From Candidatus Eiseniibacteriota bacterium (lineage in GTDB: Bacteria > Eisenbacteria > RBG-16-71-46): DNA of 16,637 nucleotides. Every line of letters begins with the position of its first letter. Positions within the stretch are counted from its first letter, which is position 1. Below are positions 1-9,700 of the stretch, piece by piece. The DNA lies in the NCBI GenBank assembly GCA_038231135.1, contig JBBRLX010000046.1, positions 1 to 16,637 of the forward strand, read 5' to 3'. The notes beneath the pieces were generated by a model. That model searched no databases. It was not told the DNA's origin and saw only the letters and a program-made list of their open reading frames with translations. The translations under genes were made by a program, and so were the position numbers.

Positions 1-780
1 AACCTCGGGTGCGCATCTATCCCGCGCGAGCCGTCAGGCGGGCTGGTGCCTCCCGTGCCGTCGTCGGGGAAGTGGGCCGACAGGATGTCTCCCCCACCGA
101 GGACGTATTTCATCACGCCGTCGGCGGTCATCTTTCCGCCCCACGACGTGTTGATGCCAATCGTGCCTCCGGCGGCGTGGACGACGAGCGGCTCCCCGGT
201 GGGGGTGGTGTCGAGTCGGGAGCCGACCATCCACACGTCGAGCGCGCGGAGCGGCAACAGGGTGTCTTCCCAGCCTCCGAAGCAGCCGCGCTGCGGACCG
301 CCCATCACGGTGTGGACGCGTCCATCGGGCAAAATACGGCCCACGTAGCCTGCCGAGGCGAAGTACACGCTGCTGTCGTGGCCGAGCGTGAGGCCGGTCA
401 CGAACCCAGTCTCCGCCGCGGTCGAGGGTCCGCCTTCGCCAGCGGCCGCCAGATCGTAACAGATGTTGGTCGAGCCGTTTCCAACGAGGGAGTGGATCAT
501 CCCGGCGTCGTCCACGTACCGGACCCGGCGGTTGAGGTTGTCGGCGAAGTAGAAGCAGCTCGCGCAGTCGAGCCCGGGGCGCACCTGGCCTTGCTGGGGA
601 TCGATCTGGGCGGCCGTCGCCGGCTTCTCGTCACCGTTGTAGCCGGGCGTGCCGGTACCCGCGACGCACCGGACAACGTCGTCGCTGCCGATGCGGTAGA
701 TGCGGCCACGCCCCGCGTCGGACACGAAGATGTTGCCGTTCGGGGCCACCGCGACGGCGCTGATGCTGCCGAAGGCGAAG
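1..780 (-). other. NHL-repeat beta-propeller region (partial) of the giant CDS
   Basis: Translation shows NHL-type blades: SAVAVAPNGNIFVSDAGRGRIYRI, VAGTGTPGYNGDEKPATAAQI, FYFADNLNRRVRYVDDAGMIHSLVGNG, GLTLGHDSSVYFA. Confidence 0.85.
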
Positions 781-3700
781 CTCTTGACGGGCACGTTGCA
801 GGTCGTGCTGTCGGTGCCGGCAGCGCCGTTGTCGCGCGAGAAGGCCTCCACGATCGGCCCGACAGCGCGCCCGGTGACGACGCTGCCATCGCCCTTCTGG
901 AGCACGCCCTTCTTGTCGTAGGCGTGGTGCACGTCGATGTCGCAGCCGGGCGCCGTCGCCTCCACGGGGCGATCAGCGTCGAACGTCTCCGTGCGCCACA
1001 CGGTGCGCTCCTGGCGGCTGGGAGTGCCCGTGGCCTTGGCGTCGGTCAGCGCGAACTTCGGCACATCGCCGTACTCGGTCGCGTAGACGTACGCGAGCCT
1101 GACCGACACCTGCTGGGCGCCGTGAATGTGGCGGCCGCAGGCGTCGGTGCCGTCCCAGGCGATCTCCTTGCGGAGGTTGACGACAGGATCGAAGGACTCC
1201 TTCGTGGTGTGGCCTCCCTTCGTCACGTACATGTCAATCCGCTTCAGGAGACCGAGGGGCTGATCGTCCCAGAGGACGATGGTGTGCTTGCTGTCCGCCT
1301 TGTCGGCGCGCCCGGTGGAGCACACCAGGGTGTAGGGCGTACCGGCGATCGGATCGCGGGAGAGGACGCGCCGATTCAGGGTGTCGATGGCCACGTTGCC
1401 GTGGCTCTCGATGCAGCCGCCTGGCAGATCGGTCTCGGGCCACTTGCGGCTCACCACGGTGGTGTCGGGCAAGTCGTGGAAGCCGGGGCTGATGCTCCAC
1501 GATCCAAACCGCGAGAGCTTGTTGCGGAGGAGCGCCTTCCCGACCGGGTACAGCGCAGCGAGCTCCTGGAGCTCGCACGTCGAGTAGCCCGCGGTGGTGA
1601 GGGCGGCCGGGGACTCGGCCACGCCGTCGCCGTCGAGATCGAGCGCGGCGACTCCCGCGTTGACGGCGACGATGCGGACGACCTGGCCGTTGGTGGTGGC
1701 TTGCCAGGAGCCGCGCTCGCCGCAGGTGGCGCACGGCGTGTCGTACGAGGCGGCGGGGAGGCCGGTCCCGACGGGGAGGTGGAGGATGTTCTCCACGTAG
1801 TAGGTCGCGGCCTGGCCGAGCTCGACGGTGCGAGCGCCGGCGCTCTGCACCACGTCGGCCGAGACATCCATGGCGTAGCCATGGGCGCTCTCGACAGGCA
1901 GGGTCGCCGCGGCGCGCTGGGGGCCGCGCGTCCCCACAGAGTGCTCGGTGATCCGGACCGTCGCGGAAGCGAGCGGGCTGAGCGTGCCACTGGCGGCCAC
2001 GAGCTGGGCCGTCGTGCCGGGCTCGACGATGAGGGTGCCTTGCCGCGTGCCGTCGGTGTCGGTCTCGATCACGCCGCGTGCGATCTGGCAGCCTGCGCCG
2101 AACGTGACCGTCGTGGCGACGGGCTCGCGCGTGATGAGCACCACGTCCTCGAGCTCGGAGAACGCACCCCACGGCGTGAGCAGCGTCCTCTGGGCGGTGA
2201 TGTAGCCCGACTTCTGCAGATCGAAGGCGTAGAGGGGGCCGCCGTTCACGACGAGATCGAACTGGCCGTCAGCCCGCGAGATCGTCTGTCCGAATTCGCC
2301 GTGCCCCGCGACGCGCACCGTGACGCCCGGGAGCGGTGTGCCGTCGGCCTGGAGGACACGGCCGTGCACCGGCGCGATCCGCTTGCCGATGAAGATCGAC
2401 GGGTCCACGCCGGTCTGGATGTTGGCGCTCCAGAGGTGCTTCACCTGATCGGCCAGCGTCGTGGGCACGGTGGGATCCAGAGGTGGGGCGACCACGCAGG
2501 GATCGGGCGGGAGGGTGCCCGTGCACGCGCCGTTGCTGGGCGTCGAGCAGCGACCCGTTCCAGGATCGCAGGTGCCCGCGTCGTGGCAGCCGTCGATGGG
2601 GGCGCAGTCCACGATCGCTCCCGCGCACGCTCCGCCGCGGCACTGATCGTTGCCGGTGCAGGCGATGCCGTCGTCGCAGGGCGCGCCGTCGTGCTTCGCC
2701 GGGTTGGAGCAGGCCCCCGTGGTTGGATTGCAGCTGCCGGCGCCGTGGCAGGTGTCCGTCGGCCCCGGGCACACCACGGGGTTCGAGGGGGTGCAGGTGC
2801 CGGACTGGCAGGCGTTGGTCTGGAAGCAGAGGTTGGCCCCCGGGCACGCGGTGCCGTTGGCCTTGGCCGCGTGAGTCACCGCGCCAGTCGACGGCGCGCA
2901 CGCGTCGGTGGTGCAGGGGTTTCCGTCATCGACGGTGATCGCCGTGCCGGGCGTGCACACGCCGCCGGCCGCGCACACCTCGACGCCGTTGCAGGCGTCG
3001 CCGTCCGAGCAACTGGCCCCGACGGCCCTCGGCTGGTGCACGACGCCCAGGCTGGGATCGCAGTAGTCGCTCGTGCAAGGGTTGTTGTCGTCGACGGTGG
3101 GCGGCACTCCCGCCGTGCACTGACCGGCCGCGCTGCAGACTTCCACGCCGTTGCAGGCGTTGGAGTCGCTGCACGACGCGCCAGGCGTCGGCGTGTGCGC
3201 GACACCGGTCGCAGGATCGCAGGTGTCCGCGGTGCAGGGGTTGTGGTCGTCGAGGACCGGCACCGACGGCGCGAAGCACACGCCGCCCGCAGAGCACACC
3301 TCGACGCCATTGCAGGCGTTGCCGTCCGAGCACGATGCGCCCACCTGGACGGTGTGGGTGACGCCCTGGGCTTCGGTGCAGGCGTCGACAGTGCAGGTGT
3401 TCCCGTCGTCGAGCGTCAAGGGGGTGCCCGCCGCGCAGTGACCCGCGCCGTCGCACCGCTCTTGACCGTTGCAGGAGAGGCCGTCCTGGCAGCCGACGTT
3501 GTACCCAGGGCTCAGGGGGGTGTGGCTGACGACACCGTTGGTGCAGTTGTCTTCGGTGCAGGGGTTGCCGTCATCCAGCGTCGGCGCAGCGTGCGGGATG
3601 CACGCTCCGGCGGCGTCGCAGAGCGAGACACCCGTGCATGCGCTTCCGGCCGAGCAGGCGCTGCCCGCTGCGAGCTGGGTGTGGGACACCCCGGTGATCG

Positions 3701-6700
3701 GATGGCAGCTGTCGGCGGTGCACGGGTTGCCGTCGTCCAGCGTCAGGGATCCGGGCGAGAGGCAAGCCCCGGTCGCCGTGCACACCTCGGCGCCGTTGCA
3801 CACGTCACCGTCGGAGCAGGAGAGGCCCGTGCTCGCCACGTGGGACACGGCGCCGGTGCCGGGATCGCAGGAATCCACCGTGCACGGGTTGCTGTCGTTC
3901 ACGTTGACCGGGTACGTCCCCGCGCAGGTGCCCGCGCCGTCGCAGAGATCGAGTTGCGTGCACGCGTTTCCGTCGTTGCAGAAGTAGTTGCCCGGGGCGG
4001 GCACGTGAACCACGCCGGTGTAGTAGTCGCACGAGTCGATCGTGCAGGGGTTCCCGTCGTCGATCGCCAGAGGCACGCCCGGCGCGCAGAACCCCGAGCC
4101 GTCGCACAGCTCGACGCCGTTGCAGGGGTGGCCGTCCGAACAGGACGCGCCCGCGCCCAGAGGCACGCCTGGAATGCACGCGCCGACGGCGTCACACACG
4201 GCTCCCGTGCTGCAGAGCGTGGCCGCGGGCCCACAGCTCGAGCCTGCTGCGAGCGTGACGTGCTGGACGCCGAGGACGGCGTCGCACGAGTCGACGGTGC
4301 AGGGGTTGCCGTCATCGACGATCGGTGAAGCGCCGGCGACGCAGATCCCCGCGCCATCGCAGGTCTCCATCCCGTTGCAGACCGTCGCGTCCGAGCACGG
4401 CGTCCCCGCGGCGAAGGGGGAGCTCGGCACGCAGCTACCGGCAGCGTTGCACGTCGCCGCACTCGCGCAGGCGCCCCCGCCCAGGCCACAGCTGGTTCCG
4501 GCGCTCACCGCCACGTGCTGCACCCCCAGGATCGGATCGCACGAGTCGACCGTGCAGGGGTTGCCGTCGTCGATCACGACGGGGACCGGCTGGCACGCGC
4601 CGTACGGAGGCGCTGCGAGGCACGTGCCCCGGGTGGAGCACGCGTCCGCGGGAGCCGGGCCACAAGGCGTCCCGGGAGACGCCGGCGTGGTCCCGTTGCA
4701 GACGCCAGACGCGTCGCAGGTGCCGAGGACACAGGCGTCGCCCACCGAGCACGCCGTGCCTGGCGCAAAGACGATGCCCGCGACGCAGGCCCCCGCCGCG
4801 TCACACACCGCCGGGCCGCTGCAGGAGGTGCCCGCAGCGCCACAGGAGGCTCCGGCCGCGAGCTGGACGTGCCGAACGCCGAGCACGGGATCGCACGAGT
4901 CGACCGTGCAGGGATTGCCGTCATCGATGGCTACGGGCACGCACGCGCCCGCCGCGCACGCCCCGACCGAGCACGGACCCGCCACCGAGCACGACGAGCC
5001 GTCCGCCACGGGCGTGTAGGTCACCCCGCCGGTCGTCGGATCGCACATGTCCACGGTGCAGGGGTTGTTGTCCGACACCTGCACGGGAGTCCCCGGGACG
5101 CACTCGGCGCTGTAGTTGCAGATCGCGGCGCCGTTGCAGAGGTTGCCGTCCCCGCACGGCGAGAAGGGCAATGCAAAGTGATAGGGCCCCGAGTGATCAC
5201 AAGCGTCGTAGGTACACGGGTTTCCATCGTCGATCACGAGCGGGCTACCCGCGACGCAGGCACCGCTGCCGTCGCACGTCTCGAGCCCGTTGCACGGATT
5301 GTCGTCGGAGCACGGGCTGCCCGCGGCGCGCGGGACGCCTGGAGTGCAGTCGCCACCGGCGCTGCATGTGCCTGGTGCGAAGCAGACCGATTCCGAGAGA
5401 GAGCACATCGTTCCTGCGGCCGCGAGCACGTGCTGCACACCGAGAACGGAATCGCAGGTGTCAACCGTGCAAGGGTTGCCGTCCGACGGATCCAGGGTTT
5501 GCGGGAAGCACGACGTGGTCGTGTCCGAGGGGAGACATACCCCGCGGACCGAGCAAGCGTCGGGCGCCGGCGGGCCGCACGGCGTCCCGCTCGGTGCGGC
5601 CACGCCCCCCGTGCACGCGCCAGCTGCGTTGCAGGTCGCTCCCGAGAAGCACTCGTTCGCGGTGCCCCCCGGCAAGTGGAACCCGCCGCCGGGATCGCAG
5701 GTGCTTCCCACCGCCAGCTGTGGGTGCGTCACTGTTCCCGTCGCTGGATCGCAGGTGTCCGCCGTGCAGGGATCCCCATCGCTGGTGAAGACCGGGAACC
5801 CGGGCTGGCACGCGCCTATCGCATCGCACAGCTCGTCACCGTTGCATGCGTTGCCATCGGAGCAGGTCGTGCCCTCGGCGACGGGCGTGCCCACGCAGCT
5901 GCCCCCGGCGTTGCAGCTCTCGCCAGTCACGCACAGGCTCCCCGTGGAGCACTCCGTCCCGGTGGAGACCGGCGTGTGCGACACGGTGCCGTTGGCCGGG
6001 TTGCACGCGTCGGCCGTGCAGGGGTTGTTGTCGTTCACCTGGACGGGCGTGCCGGGCGTGCACACGGCCATCGCGTTGCACGTCTCCTGGCCGTTGCAGG
6101 CGTTGCTGTCCGCACAGGACGTCCCGGCCGCCACCGGCACGTGGGTCACGCCGATCGACGGGCTGCAGGAGTCTGTGGTGCACGGGTTGGCGTCGTCCAC
6201 GACGGGCGCGACGCCCGGAGTGCACGCGCCCGCCGCATCGCACAGCTCGACACCGTTGCACGCGTTGCCGTCGGTGCACGAGGTGCCCGCGCTGACGGGC
6301 GTGTGCGTCACGCCGATCACCGGATCGCACGCGTCGACGGTGCAGGGGTTGCCATCGTCGAGCACGGGCGCGGGGCCTGCACCGCAGATGCCGGCCGCGC
6401 TGCAGGTCTCGCTGCCGTCACAGATGTTGCCGTCCGAGCAGGACGTGCCCGGGACCACCGGCGTGTGCGTCACTCCCGTCGAGGCGTCGCAGGCGTCCGT
6501 GGTGCAAGGGTTGCTGTCGTCGACGACGAGCGCAGTGCCCGGGGCACACACGCCGCCCGCCGCGCAGGTCTCGATGCCGTTGCACGCGTTGCCGTCCGAG
6601 CAGCTCGTGCCGATCGCCGCGGGGGTGTGGGCCACGCCCGTCACCGCGTTGCAGGAGTCCACCGTGCAGGGGTTCCCGTCGTCGAACGACGGCGGCGGAC

Positions 6701-9700
6701 CGGCCACGCAGGCGCCCGCGCCGTTGCAGCTCTCGGCACCGTTGCACAGGTTGTCGTCCAGACATGCCACGCCGATCGGCGCGGGTGTGTGCGTGACGCC
6801 GAGCGCCAGTGTGCAAGCGTCCACGGTGCAGGAATTGCCATCGTCGAGGCTCGGGGCGCTGCCACCTGTGCAGACACCCACGGCGTCGCAGAGTTCGACG
6901 CCGTTGCACGCGTTTCCGTCCGAGCAAGCGACACCCGCGCTGACCGGCACGTGCACGATCCCCGCGATCGGATCGCACGAGTCGGCCGTGCACGGGTTGC
7001 CGTCGTCCACGCTCACGCTCCCCGCGACACAGGTGCCCGCCGGGTTGCAGGTGGCGCCGCAGGCCGAACAGGCGGTGCCCGTCGCCACCGGAGTGTGGGT
7101 CACGCCCGACGCCGGATCGCAGGCGTCGGTGGTGCAGCTGTTTCCATCGTCGACGCCGGGAGCGACTCCAGCCGCGCAGGTCCCCGCGATGCCGCACAGC
7201 TCGACGCCGTTGCACGGGTTGCCGTCCGAGCACGCCGTCCCCTCGGGCACGGCGGTGTGCGTTACCCCGAGCGCCGGCGTGCACGCATCGGTGGTGCACG
7301 GGTTGCCGTCGTCGATGGCTGGACCGTCGGTACCGGACTGGCATGCTCCGGTGGCGTCGCAGCGCTCGACACCGTTGCAGACGTTGCCATCCGAGCAGAT
7401 CGTGCCGCCGGGAAGAGGCGCGTGAAGGACCCCGGCGATCGCATCGCAGGTGTCGGCGGTGCAGGGGTTGGCGTCGTCCAGGAGAGGCGCCGGGCCGGCC
7501 ACGCAGCCGCCGCTCGCGTTGCACAGCTCGTTGCCGTTGCAGGCGTTGCCGTCGCTGCACGCCGTGCCCGCGGAGACGGCCACGTGAGTCACGCCGATCG
7601 CCGGGCTGCACGCGTCGGTCGTGCACGGATTGCCATCGTCGACCACCGGCGGAGTCCCGCTCGCGCAGACGCCGAGCGGATCGCACAGCTCGACGCCGTT
7701 GCAGGCGTTGCCGTCGCTGCAATTCGTGCCCGTCGCCACCGGCGTGTGCGTGACACCGGTCCCCGGGTAGCACGCGTCGGTGGTGCACACGTTCCCGTCG
7801 TCGACGGTGGGTGGGACGCCAGGCTGGCAGCTCCCGCTCCCGTTGCAGAGCTCGTCGCCGTTGCACAGGTTGCCGTCCCCGCAGGCCGAGCCCGCAGCCA
7901 CGCTGGTGTGGGTCACGCCGCTCACCGGGTTGCAGGCGTCGGTCGTGCACGGGTTCCCGTCGTCGACCGTCGGCGCGGTGCCGGCCTGGCAGGCGCCCGC
8001 TCCGTTGCAGAGCTCGGTGCCGTTGCAGGCGTTGCCGTCGCTGCAGGCCGTTCCCGCGGGCAGCGGGGCATGCGAGACGCCGGTCACTGGATCGCAGGCG
8101 TCGGTCGTGCACGGGTTCCCGTCGTCCACGTTGATGCTCCCCGCGGTGCAGCTCCCCGCCGCGTTGCAGGTGGCGCCGCAGGCCGAGCAGGAGGTGCCGG
8201 TGGCCACCGGCGTGTGGGTCGCCCCCGTGGCGGGGTTGCACGCGTCGGTCGTGCAGACGTTGCCGTCATCGATCGCCAGCGGGGTGCCGGCCTGGCACGC
8301 GCCGCTGGCATTGCACAGCTCGTTACCGTTGCAGACATTCCCGTCGCTGCAGCTGGTGCCCTGCACCACCGGCACGTGGCTCACCCCCGTCGCGGGACTA
8401 CACGCGTCGGAGGTGCACGGGTTCCCATCGTCGACCGAGGGCGGGCTGCCCGCGGTGCAGGTGCCGCTGCCGTCGCAAGTCTCGGAGCCATTGCACAGGT
8501 TGCCATCCGCGCACGAGGTGCCCGCGCCGAGCGGCGTGTGGGTCACGCCGGCTCCCGGGCTGCACGCGTCGGCGGTGCATGGATTGCCATCGTCGATCGC
8601 CGGCGCCGTCCCCGCCACGCAGCTCCCCGTGGCGTCGCAGAGCTCCGCTCCGTTGCAGGCGTTGCCGTCCGTGCACGAGGTCCCCGCTGAGACGGGCACA
8701 TGGGTCACGCCGGTCCCAGGCGCGCACGCGTCGGTCGTGCACGGGTTCCCGTCGTCGACGGTCGGCGGCAGCCCAGCCTGGCAGACTCCCCCTCCCGAGC
8801 ACGTCTCGGCGCCGTTGCAGGCGTTGCCATCGGAGCAGGCCGTGCCCGCCGAGACAGCCACGTGATGCACGCCTGTCACGGCGTCACACGAGTCCGTCGT
8901 GCACGGGTTGCCGTCGTCCACCGCAGGCGCGGTCCCCGCGGTGCACGTGCCAGAGCCGTCGCACGTCTCCCCACCGTTGCACGCGTTGCCGTCGGAGCAG
9001 GACACGCCCGCCGACACCGGCGTATGGGACACTCCGCTGGCCGGTGCGCAGGTGTCCGTCGTGCAGGGATTTCCGTCGTCGACCGTCGGCGCGGTCCCGG
9101 CGGCGCAGGTGCCCGAGCCGGTGCAGATCTCCGCGCCGTTGCACGCGTTACCGTCCGAGCACGAGGCGCCCGCGGACACCGGCGTGTGGGTCACTCCCGT
9201 CGCAGGCGCACACGCGTCCGTCGTGCAGGGATTGCCGTCATCGACGATCGGGGGCGCGCCCGACTGGCACGAACCGCTCGCGCTGCACGTCTCGGCACCG
9301 TTGCAGGCATTCCCATCCGCGCAGGAGGTCCCCGCCGCGACCGGCGTGTGGGAGACGCCGGTCGTCGGACTGCAGGTGTCGGTGGTGCACGGGTTCCCGT
9401 CGTCCACCACCGGCGCGGTCCCCGCGAGGCAGGTGCCGCTCGCGTCGCAGAGCTCCGTCCCGTTGCACGCGTTGGCGTCGGCGCACGAGGTGCCGGCGGG
9501 CACGGGCGTGTGGCTCACGCCGCTCACCGGGCTGCAGCTGTCCGCCGTGCACGGGTTCCCGTCGTCCACGACCGGCGCGGTGCCCGACTGGCATGCTCCG
9601 GCGCCGTTGCACGTCTCGGCCCCGTTGCAGGCGTTGCCGTCCGAGCACCCCGTCCCCGCCGAAGCCGGCGTGTGGGCCACCCCGGTCGCGGGGCTGCAGG

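Noticed and set aside
5160..5234. Possible second frameshift, inversion or insertion at the AT-richer patch
   Set aside because: Manual translation keeps the same frame with no stop and the Cys register intact.
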